From Candidatus Bathyarchaeota archaeon (lineage in GTDB: Archaea > Thermoproteota > Bathyarchaeia > Bathyarchaeales > Bathycorpusculaceae): a stretch of DNA of 41,799 nt. The notes beneath the pieces are model-generated. The model was not told where the DNA came from. It ran no database searches and saw only the letters and a program-made list of their open reading frames with translations. The stretch is from NCBI GenBank assembly GCA_963770935.1, contig CAVYRJ010000015.1, positions 1 to 41,799 on the forward strand. Reading direction: 5' to 3'. Position numbers and translations under genes: made by a program. Positions 18,987 to 27,777 of this stretch are shown one piece after another; position 1 is the stretch's first letter, and the number at the start of each line of letters is the position of its first letter.

Positions 18987-19403
18987 TTGGAAAGAAAAAT
19001 GTTTAAAGCAAGCTCACAAAAAGAAGTCTCAACCAAACTAATGAAAGGGCTACTAGACCTAATAATCCTACAATTCCTAAGCACTGAACCCATGCACGGC
19101 TACCAAGTAATCACCAAAATCCGCAAAAACTTCGGCATATATTTCGGACCAAGCACCATATACCCATTACTGGGAACTCTAGAAAAGAAAGGCTACGTAG
19201 ACAGCCACTGGGACATGAACTTTGAACGCCCAAGAAAAGTCTACAGCCTAACAAACGACGGACAAAACATGCTAAACTACACTGAAGACTCACTAAATAT
19301 GATTTGTAGAAAAATAACCAGCACCAACCCTGATATAGCACAGGCAACAGTAAGCATGATAACCTCCAAAAGCAGAAGCCACTTAGCATTAGAAATTCCT
19401 TAG
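18987..19403 (+). CDS. PadR family regulator
   Basis: KGLLDLIIL..L...PMHGYQV...GPSTIYPLL..LEKKGYV...RKVYSLT. Confidence 0.92.
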   Translation: MERKMFKASSQKEVSTKLMKGLLDLIILQFLSTEPMHGYQVITKIRKNFGIYFGPSTIYPLLGTLEKKGYVDSHWDMNFERPRKVYSLTNDGQNMLNYTEDSLNMICRKITSTNPDIAQATVSMITSKSRSHLALEIP

Positions 19404-19543
19404 AGTTGGCAAGTCTTTTAGCGCTTGCCAAATATACAAATTCACATTTTGATTTTAAAACAGCAAGTTAATCCTTTTAGGTCCATGATCCTGTTTTAAA
19501 TACATCAAGTCCAATTGCTATAATGACCGCCCAAGGTGAGTAG

Positions 19544-21262
19544 TTGAAGCAGGCAAACAACGGCGAAACTTTCGAATTAACCAGTCAAATTCTTGAATTC
19601 TGCAGGCACATCGCTGGGTCATCAAGAGTCGCAGCTGTCTTTCTGACCGACAATTATTCCAGGAGAACATTGAACGACCGCACAATCTACGAAGTAATGC
19701 TAGTCATCCATAATTTCCCGCCCAGGCTAATGCGCTACATAAAAACCATCAATAACAAGACGATTTTTGTTTTTGGAGTTGACAAATGGATTTTTGAACG
19801 TGACATTGATAAGGGCTTTCTGGGTGAGGCAATTGCCGGCAAACTTATTTTTCCAAACTTAGGACTTTACGGCAATGATTACTTACATGAAAGAGAAGTT
19901 GCTCTAAAGAAACGTTTGATTCTTGAGTTACTTGAGAATTTGGTGGTGAATTTTCCTGAACTATCCAACCGCATCCAAATTAAGCCACAATACTTCATGT
20001 ATGAAGTATTTTCTAACCGCATAAGGGTTTTTCCACTAATAGTCCTCGACCTTGCAGCCCTGAAATGTAATCTGCAACAGAATGAAGAACAAGCGCTCAG
20101 CAGTTACAACGAAGCCTTAAAACAGATTGAAGCAGAAGAAAAAATAAGTCTTTCAAACGGTAACGTAAAAATCACAAAGAAATTCATAAAACAATCCCAA
20201 GACCCTAAAATAAAAGTAATTAACTTATCAAAGAATATGCCTCGAACAATCTTTACTTCAATTTTCGGCGCCCTTCCCCAACTATTGAACATTGTTTCAC
20301 AGAATACCGAAGACTTCCTAAAAACTCAAAAGATTAGTTGGATGAAGGTACCTGACCCAACCTGTAGGTTAGCTGATCCTCAGAAATACGTATTTTTTTC
20401 AACTTCAGGCGGGTTGGTTTCACTGGCAGACAAGCTTGATATCAAGGGCTATGCTCAAAGGATGCTGCTCAAAGGACAGAAAGACAGCATAAAAGTTGAA
20501 TCCGTCGGAGGTATGCTAAATGATGTTTACTTAATCAGCGCATTTGGTAACGGAGGTGAAACCAAAGTTTTAGCTAAACGCTTTAAGGATTGGTCAGGTT
20601 TAAAATGGTTCCCGTTAATGCTATGGTCTTTTGGAGCCAGATCATTTGCTGTTTCAGCTCAAGCCCGCCTGGCTAAGGAATGTGCAATCAACGAGTTTTT
20701 ACGGAGTGAAGGGTTTAATGTTCCCAAGCTTCTGCATGTCAGCAATGCTGAGCGTATTGTGTTCATGGAGTTCATCGATGGAGAAAGCCTCAGCGAAAAC
20801 ATTAAACAAGTCGCGACGTCAACCGATTCGGCAACTCTCGAAGATGTACTCGGAAAGGTGAGTAGAGTAGGCGAGATATTTGCGAATGTTCACTCTCGAA
20901 ATGTCTCCTTAGGTGACACAAAACCCGACAACGTAATCATTAAACCGGATGGCACCATATTTCTGATTGATTTTGAGCAAGCCACCCAAGATGGCGACAA
21001 AGCCTGGGACATAGCCGTGTTCCTCTATTACTGCGGGCATTATCTCCAACCGTATTACAGCAACGCTAAATCTGAATCAGTTGCCAAAGCTTTCATTGGT
21101 GGTTACATAAAGAGCGGAGGAAACGTACTTAATGTGAGGAAAGCGGGAGAGCCAAAGTACACGCGTGTTTTTAGCATCTTCACACCACCACTAATTATGC
21201 GCGCTATTTCAGACGTTTGCAAAAAAACAGTAAGTACTGAGGAAGAAAAAGTACACAATTAA
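19544..21262 (+). CDS. Protein kinase-like (Kdo/RIO/Bud32-like) domain with long N-terminal region
   Basis: C-terminal LAKRF, VPKLL, MEFIDG, H...LGDTKPDNVII, LIDFEQA and KAWD motifs. The N-terminal ~120 aa may be a degenerate nucleotidyltransferase fold. Confidence 0.8.
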   Translation: MKQANNGETFELTSQILEFCRHIAGSSRVAAVFLTDNYSRRTLNDRTIYEVMLVIHNFPPRLMRYIKTINNKTIFVFGVDKWIFERDIDKGFLGEAIAGKLIFPNLGLYGNDYLHEREVALKKRLILELLENLVVNFPELSNRIQIKPQYFMYEVFSNRIRVFPLIVLDLAALKCNLQQNEEQALSSYNEALKQIEAEEKISLSNGNVKITKKFIKQSQDPKIKVINLSKNMPRTIFTSIFGALPQLLNIVSQNTEDFLKTQKISWMKVPDPTCRLADPQKYVFFSTSGGLVSLADKLDIKGYAQRMLLKGQKDSIKVESVGGMLNDVYLISAFGNGGETKVLAKRFKDWSGLKWFPLMLWSFGARSFAVSAQARLAKECAINEFLRSEGFNVPKLLHVSNAERIVFMEFIDGESLSENIKQVATSTDSATLEDVLGKVSRVGEIFANVHSRNVSLGDTKPDNVIIKPDGTIFLIDFEQATQDGDKAWDIAVFLYYCGHYLQPYYSNAKSESVAKAFIGGYIKSGGNVLNVRKAGEPKYTRVFSIFTPPLIMRAISDVCKKTVSTEEEKVHN

Positions 21263-21871
21263 GTACTGTAGCTTTCAAGACCACAGCTCTAAACCTGGGC
21301 TTTACGAGAAAGTAAGGTAAATTGAGGCAGTGACAATTATAACTAAAGCAACCAACAAGGCAGGGAACAACTGTTCGCAATTGAGCTGAGGTTGAAGCAC
21401 AACCTAACAAGAATGCAATATGAATAGACGAATTAAATTTAGCTATTCAATTATAAACCTCTTCAATATGTTCTACAAAATTAGCAAGAAAAATATCGGT
21501 GCTTAACTGTTTCACTAAAACAAGCATTTCTATTGGAAGCTCTCCACAATAATAACAAACACCTGCAAGTTTCATTGCTTAAAAATGAGGTATTGTTTTT
21601 TCGAAAACCGAAAACCAATTAGTTGAGCGATTTGATTGAAAAAACCAAATTTTCGATGTGTTCGAGGGTTCGAAGTAGCGATGAAACACGTTTTTAGTAG
21701 TTTTTTCTACAATTTTGAAAATGAGCTTTTAAGTTCTATTGTTGGAAGTCGCCATGTTCGTTAGGAGAAGATGCTGCTGATGCTGCTGCAACCGCTTTTT
21801 TTCACAGCTGTAGCATCTTTCAAAGCAAGAGTTATTTAGTATAAAAACTAGAATAATATTGAAGGATTTTT

Positions 21872-22159
21872 ATGAGCGACCTTTACTTGTACAAAGGTTT
21901 ATTCAAAGTCAAAGTTGTAACAGAAAGCGAAGGCTACTGGATCGTGGAAGCACTGGAAGATTTTAAGGATTGCATTGAAGGTGAAAAAGTTCCTGTTAAA
22001 GCTGGAGAAAGACGCATTGTACCGCCAAATGATTTAATAAAGAAAGATGCTCTGCCGCCTATGGTGGCTGAACACGCTTATGAATTACAATTAGAGAAGA
22101 AAGTAAAGCGCATGGTTGAAGAGTACGAGAAAAAGAAAGGCAAGAACGAATCGAAATAA
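21872..22159 (+). CDS. Hypothetical protein
   Basis: 95-aa ORF with a beta-rich N-terminus and helical C-terminus. TATA-like TATAAAAA about 25 nt upstream. Confidence 0.75.
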   Translation: MSDLYLYKGLFKVKVVTESEGYWIVEALEDFKDCIEGEKVPVKAGERRIVPPNDLIKKDALPPMVAEHAYELQLEKKVKRMVEEYEKKKGKNESK

Positions 22160-22299
22160 AAAGAACATAAAAGCCAATATTTTTAGTAAATCAACCCAAG
22201 GATGCTCCTATTTTTGATGAATATAGGATGAAACATTCCTTAATGGTAAATGTTAAATAATTAACGACACATCTTTGCCTGCGTTGGCTGAGTTGGTGG

Positions 22300-22869
22300 T
22301 TGGATTATTTCTCATACATTTCCATCGTTCCTTCAATAATCATTGCTTTAGGCCTCACAAGGCTTCTAACAGGCATTGGCAAGATTCTGGAGCGGCGAGA
22401 CAAAGTTCAGAATTACTGGGTTCACATCCTTTGGGCTTTTAACGTGTTCTTGTACATGGCTTTGAATTGGTGGGTGCTGTTTAGATGGGAGCCTTGGCAA
22501 ACATGGAGCTTTCCGCTATTTATTTTTCTTCTCTTAACGCCAACAGTATCCTTTCTACTATCTGTAATTTTGTTTCCCGAGCCATTTGACGAAAAAATGG
22601 ACTTCAAAAAACACTTCTATGAAGACCGACGCCGGTTCTTCGCTCTTGCCACTTTGCTTCCGCCGCTGGATTTCTTTGACACCCTGCTTAAAGGTGTGCC
22701 ACATTTGTTGGCGCAGGGTCCAATCTACATTATCACCATAGGATTGATGACAGCGTTAAGTGCTGCCGCAGCTTTAACAAAAAACCAGACTTACCACAAA
22801 TTCTTCGCGATCTTCTTCCTCGTTTACATATCTGCATTTATCGGCATAAACCTAAACACCTTAGCATAG
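22300..22869 (+). CDS. Multi-pass membrane protein of unknown function
   Basis: About 6 hydrophobic segments. SIIIALGLT.LL.G, YWVH..W, WW and F..HFY. Confidence 0.75.
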   Translation: MDYFSYISIVPSIIIALGLTRLLTGIGKILERRDKVQNYWVHILWAFNVFLYMALNWWVLFRWEPWQTWSFPLFIFLLLTPTVSFLLSVILFPEPFDEKMDFKKHFYEDRRRFFALATLLPPLDFFDTLLKGVPHLLAQGPIYIITIGLMTALSAAAALTKNQTYHKFFAIFFLVYISAFIGINLNTLA

Positions 22870-23061
22870 GCGATTCAGATGAATAGAGTTAAGCTGGTTT
22901 TTCGATTTGTCAGGGTTGAACGCAAACAAAAGTGCACTTCTCTAATGAATGACTATAGCCTAATATGCAAAACCCGCAAACACATATCATTTAAACTATA
23001 GCCCATAGAAAAGAATCACAGGTAGCTTTCCAAATTAACAAATAAAAATGGAGAAAAAGTG

Positions 23062-23634
23062 CTAATAGTTTTCTACCCAGACTTCAAAGTATGCTTTAGG
23101 ATGGCTACAGGTCGGGCATATATCAGGTGCATTTGACCCTTCAATAACTAAGCCGCAGTTTCTGCATTTCCATTTTATTGGTGCATCCTTTTTGAAAACT
23201 TTGCCCTGCTGAAGACTTTCAAGCAACTTATTATATCGTCGTTCATGCCATACCTCGACTTTTGCTACCATATGAAAAGTTCGTGCAACATCTGGAAAAC
23301 CCTCTTGCTCAGCAACGTCACCAAAGTTAGGGTAAAGTGTTCCCCACTCAAACTTTTCACCTTCCGCAGCGGCTTTAAGATGGTCAGCTGTTGAAGCAAT
23401 TACGCCTGCGGGGTAAGATGCTTTAATTTCCACCATTCCGCCTTTGAGGTGCTTAAAGAATAACTCTGCATGCTCTTTTTCGTTACCTGCAGTTTCCTCA
23501 AAAATTGCACCAATTTGCTCATAGCCTGCTTTTTTGGCAACACTGGCAAAGAATGTATAACGGTTGCGTGCTTGGGATTCTCCTGCAAATGCAGCTAAAA
23601 GATTCTTCTCTGTTTGACTTCCTACAAAATCCAT
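23062..23634 (-). CDS. rbr: Rubrerythrin
   Basis: TEKNLLAAFAGESQARNRY, EKEH and EVWHE diiron motifs, plus C-terminal WKCRNCG...CPTC.HP rubredoxin site. Confidence 0.96.
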   Translation of the reverse strand: MDFVGSQTEKNLLAAFAGESQARNRYTFFASVAKKAGYEQIGAIFEETAGNEKEHAELFFKHLKGGMVEIKASYPAGVIASTADHLKAAAEGEKFEWGTLYPNFGDVAEQEGFPDVARTFHMVAKVEVWHERRYNKLLESLQQGKVFKKDAPIKWKCRNCGLVIEGSNAPDICPTCSHPKAYFEVWVENY

Positions 23635-23746
23635 AAGTTTTGACTCCTGACTGTGAATATTTGTAACGAAAAATAAAAGTGTTCTTCCCTGCGCAATGTG
23701 GATTGACGTGTTAATCCTTTTATCTTCGCTTCACGCTATGTTCTTT

Positions 23747-23813
23747 TGCCGGATGATGAGAAGGCATTAGCTTGACACTTGTTGGATGACGGATCAGAGT
23801 TACTCAGACGGCA
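23747..23813 (+). ncRNA. Box C/D methylation guide sRNA (dual guide)
   Basis: Terminal stem TGCCG/CGGCA, box C ATGATGA (23753-23759), 12-nt D' guide, D' TTGA, C' TGGATGA, D guide ending TCAGAGTTACT, box D variant CAGA. TATA-like TTTTATCT about 25 nt upstream. Confidence 0.85.
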
Positions 23814-24003
23814 CTGTAAATGTAACTTAGATCGTCCGCAACTTTTAGCTTATGAAGTGAAACTCGGTTTGTGACTTATTTTTTAGATTTAAATTTCTCA
23901 CACCTATAGTGCAAAGATTCCTCACGATAAAAATTAATCTGCAGAATAATACCTAAAAATTAATTGGTACCAAGCAGACCTAAAGAAAACATTTTACTTT
24001 GAA

Positions 24004-24237
24004 TTAAATTGTTCTAACCATCAAATAATTCTGTATCTGGTCCAAAGTTAGCTTGCGGGTTTTAAGGTAATTTTCAAGTTCACTTGAGAAGGGTCCAACG
24101 GCTAACTCCGAGTCAACCACAACTACGTAGTCATCTTTTACGCTATTCCAATTATCATGAAAAATAGTTCCTTTAATTATTTTCGGGTGACATTCAGGAA
24201 ATTTTTTTGAAAATTCCACGGCTTCGACGAAAATCAT
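24004..24237 (-). CDS. Small hypothetical protein
   Basis: 77-aa ORF with RBS GAGG, downstream of the wHTH gene on the same strand. Confidence 0.6.
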   Translation of the reverse strand: MIFVEAVEFSKKFPECHPKIIKGTIFHDNWNSVKDDYVVVVDSELAVGPFSSELENYLKTRKLTLDQIQNYLMVRTI

Positions 24238-24268
24238 TAGTTTATTCCTCGAATCCTAAAAGCTTTTT

Positions 24269-24580
24269 TCAAGAAATGTTCCGCGCCAAAGTTGATGTTG
24301 TAATTTGACTTTCGATTTCTTCATTAATTTCTAGCGGTTGTCTAAGGTCGCAGAAGAAATTCACTACGCTTATGCCTCTCTTGGTGATTACAAAGACTCG
24401 GGCTTTGTCTGTAGTAGTTTTTTTTTCAATTAAACCTTGTTCAATTAAGAAGACTAAGTGTTCATCAACACTGGTACTATTGAAATTGACCACGTTCCTT
24501 ATGTTTGACAGGTTGGCAGGACCTTTATATGCCAACATATTGAGTATCTCAATGCATCTCTCAAGTTTGCTGCGGGTCAT
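24269..24580 (-). CDS. Archaeal winged-helix protein
   Basis: RSKLE..IEIL..L...NI...VN.N....E.L..LIEQGLI...F.ITKRG. Confidence 0.85.
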   Translation of the reverse strand: MTRSKLERCIEILNMLAYKGPANLSNIRNVVNFNSTSVDEHLVFLIEQGLIEKKTTTDKARVFVITKRGISVVNFFCDLRQPLEINEEIESQITTSTLARNIS

Positions 24581-25045
24581 GGGTATCGTTGGATATTCAT
24601 GAAAAGCGCATTTATAAACTTTTTCATTTTTTCAATTGTTTGATTCAAGCAATTATGCTTATTATAGACAAAAATACAATATATATTCAAAATATGAATT
24701 AGAAATCACATTTTGAAATAAAAATATTGTAACTTTAATCCATTAAAAAAAACACGACTTTCCTCATTTTTGTTTTATTCTTAAAAAAATTTTAAAAAGA
24801 CATTATTTGCGCTAATTTTATTTCCTCACCACATTGCGGATGTAGATTGAACTCTCGTTGAGCCACTTTTTCTTTCATAACAAAAAACATATTTAGAATC
24901 CCAATTGAGTTTTAGAACTGTACTTGCTCTCAGTAAGCTTAATCCGTTTGTTGCCTGCTCAAAAATCGATTGTTACTAATAAATTGAAAAACTTTTTCAT
25001 TAATAAAAATTCAAGCTTGCTAAACTCATTATTAGAAATAATGAT

Positions 25046-25081
25046 AAATCGACTATCAAAAATTTAGTAAGTAGTCGATTT
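25046..25081. promoter_or_regulatory. 10-bp perfect inverted repeat with 16-bp spacer directly upstream of a TATA box
   Basis: AAATCGACTA (25046-25055) and TAGTCGATTT (25072-25081). TATA TTATATAT starts at 25084. Confidence 0.65.
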
Positions 25082-25139
25082 TCTTATATAATAAGGAAAC
25101 GATAATTAAGTACTGTTTATTAAGAATAAATAATAGCAG

Positions 25140-25928
25140 GTGATTTTCTTGGACTATTTGTCTCCTCTAAGATCAGAACTTAAACTAAAGATTTTGTTAA
25201 GCCTCTTAAATGGAGAAAGGAAAATAGCTGAACTTAGGACCAATGTTGAAACAAGAGATACTACTATTCTTCATATACTTGAAGAATTTGGTGACCTTAA
25301 TCTAACAACTAAGACACAAGGACTCTATAAATTATCTTCACTAGGCATCATGGAAGCAAAAATTTTTAAAGAGTTTATTTCAACTGTTGAAGTCATTGAG
25401 AAGTATAGCGACTTTTGGTTATCACACAACATTGAGGATATTCCAACGCCATCTCTTCAAAATATGGGTGCATTAAAAAACGCTCATCTAGTTCGAACAG
25501 AATCATCAGAACTGGGAATTGTTCATAAAACATTCACAGAGAACCTGAAGACAGCTAAAAGAATAAAGGGTATCTCTCCAATATTCCGTTCCGAATTCAC
25601 ATCTTTGTTTGGACAATTACTCGAACAAGGAGCTACAATTGAGTTAATAGTTAGTAGTGAGGTTCTCAACAAGATTGCTGGTTCTGTCGACTTGGAGTCA
25701 GCAAAGAAATACTTGATGGAAGATAAACTGAAGCTTTTTCTAAAAGATGATCTGAAGATTGCTCTCGCTTTGACCGAGAATAATTTCTCTCTTGGTCTTT
25801 TTACATTGTCCGGAATGTATGATGATAACATGGACTTGCTCTCAGAAAGCGTCGAGGCAATCGAATGGGGCGAGCATCTCTTTGAATATATAGCTAAAGG
25901 CAGTACCAGAATTGGGCTAGATTTGTAA
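25140..25928 (+). CDS. wHTH transcriptional regulator with DUF1724 (FilR1-like) domain
   Basis: SELKLKILLSL wHTH, FW..H.I..IP, GISPIF, SLGLF...G.YD and AIEWGE.LF. Confidence 0.85.
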   Translation: MIFLDYLSPLRSELKLKILLSLLNGERKIAELRTNVETRDTTILHILEEFGDLNLTTKTQGLYKLSSLGIMEAKIFKEFISTVEVIEKYSDFWLSHNIEDIPTPSLQNMGALKNAHLVRTESSELGIVHKTFTENLKTAKRIKGISPIFRSEFTSLFGQLLEQGATIELIVSSEVLNKIAGSVDLESAKKYLMEDKLKLFLKDDLKIALALTENNFSLGLFTLSGMYDDNMDLLSESVEAIEWGEHLFEYIAKGSTRIGLDL

Positions 25929-26085
25929 GTTAACGAATCATTTTTTGATCCGGACTCTTCATAGTTTTAGCAATTTCAAAAGCCTCTTTGATTGAAGGAA
26001 AGTCTAAACTGATTTTGAATATTGATTAGTAATTCATAAGTTACATTACTTATTTCAAATCCATATTTGTCTTGAGAGGGGCAAA

Positions 26086-27000
26086 GTGAAAGATCAAGAC
26101 TTTCACATGGAATCAATAGAGATCCAGAACATAGGTTTTGGAACTTTTGTTTTAAAAGAAACCTATTGCTCAATATACAAAGTTCTAAGGTTTATGACTT
26201 CAACTTCGCTACTTTTGGCTTTAAATTCAGTTATGGTTGTTGTCTTCGGCGCTTTATTGTACAACGCTAGAATAATGCCCGCAGTGCTTTTGGCAGCATT
26301 TCTAGTTACCTTCGCAGTTTATGGCTTAAATAAGGTAACGGATAAGGCGGAAGATTCAATTAATAAACCAGAAACCTCGCCAAAGGCTTCGGGTTACTTT
26401 TTGGTTTTCTCGATTGGATCAATGCTAACTGGTTTTCTAATAGGAATTATAGTTGGAGTTTGGACCTTCCTTATACTTTTTGCTCCAGTTATCATTGGTG
26501 TAATTTACAGTGTAAAGATTTCGAAATCGATCCCAAGACTTAAAGAGGTAGTAGGTGTGAAGAGCCTTGTAGTTGCTGTGAGCTGGGCGTTAACAGGTTG
26601 CCTATTGCCTGATTCTTTTTCTGCGGTAAAATTTCAGGCAGGCATTATTGTTTTTGCATACATATTCATTCGGGTATTTGTGGGCACCATTCTGTGCGAT
26701 GTGTTGGATAAAAAGGGTGATTTAGCGTCAGGAGTACAAACAATACCCACAAAAATAGGGAGAAAAAATACCAAAAATCTCTTGATATTTCTAAATAGTC
26801 TTGGAGTGATCTTGTCAGTTTATTGTTTGCTAACTGGGATCTTTATTCGATTCGTACCAGCGTTAATATTCGGAGTTTTATACGGGTATCTTGCAATTTG
26901 GTATTTATTTAAGGACAACTGTAAAAGGTTAACTGCTGGGTTAATGTTGGATGGCGAATGGCTGCCCATTGTTATAATCCTTTGCTCACTTGCAAAATGA
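26086..27000 (+). CDS. UbiA family prenyltransferase
   Basis: YGLNKVTDKAEDSINKP and CDVLDKKGD...GVQTIP aspartate-rich motifs with multiple TM segments. The true start may be further downstream. Confidence 0.88.
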   Translation: MKDQDFHMESIEIQNIGFGTFVLKETYCSIYKVLRFMTSTSLLLALNSVMVVVFGALLYNARIMPAVLLAAFLVTFAVYGLNKVTDKAEDSINKPETSPKASGYFLVFSIGSMLTGFLIGIIVGVWTFLILFAPVIIGVIYSVKISKSIPRLKEVVGVKSLVVAVSWALTGCLLPDSFSAVKFQAGIIVFAYIFIRVFVGTILCDVLDKKGDLASGVQTIPTKIGRKNTKNLLIFLNSLGVILSVYCLLTGIFIRFVPALIFGVLYGYLAIWYLFKDNCKRLTAGLMLDGEWLPIVIILCSLAK

Positions 27001-27114
27001 TAATTGATTGCAGTTCCAAACAATTCTCCGGAAAATAATTCATAGTCCTGATTTTAGATTTTCACAAAAACAAACTCTAATTGCTTGGATGATTCTAATT
27101 TTCCATGTTGAGAT

Positions 27115-27366
27115 TTAGCTTTTTTCTCCGGATTCACCTGCTCTGTCTAAGACTTGCGCAATTAACATGTCTCGAAGGCGTTCAGCTTCTGCGTTTACGC
27201 ATGAAGACACTTTCAACTTCTGAATATGCAGATTAATATGAACCTTAATAGCGTTGCCCATCGCTTTTGCATCAGGAAGCAAGAATATTTCCTCGCCGCA
27301 TTCGCATTTGATGGAATTCTTATTCTGACCAAATCGCGTCAACTTCGGTTTTTTCATGTAATACAA
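27115..27366 (-). CDS. Small zinc-finger-like hypothetical protein
   Basis: IKCECG.EI.L.PD.KAM..AI..H...H, a C2H2-like ligand set. Confidence 0.65.
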   Translation of the reverse strand: MYYMKKPKLTRFGQNKNSIKCECGEEIFLLPDAKAMGNAIKVHINLHIQKLKVSSCVNAEAERLRDMLIAQVLDRAGESGEKS

Positions 27367-27777
27367 ACCACAAAAAATTCAATTAAAACTGTAAATAACT
27401 TTGCTTACTCTATTATTGAAAAGATTATATAGAAAGATAAACTTTTTTTCCTATATCTTAGTACTCAATTAACATTTTTTTCAAAGAAATTTGAACCTTA
27501 CCTAATAATCGCGATTTTAACCTGAATTTTCGTTTCTCGTTAACTAACGCTTTCTTCTAAAAAAATTTAATCTGGTGAGTCTATTCAATATTTTAATATG
27601 TTAAAGCTATTAAATTGAAGTGTTTGATTTTGGGAACTTTGACATCGCTAAATCGAAGCTAATTAGAATGGCACCTAAAATTTTCGTGAATCTATAAATG
27701 TTAACTATGTAAGCAATAGTAATTCTTAAAAGGGCTATGAACCAATCATGTAGTCTATTTGAGAGGAAGAGAAAGGT

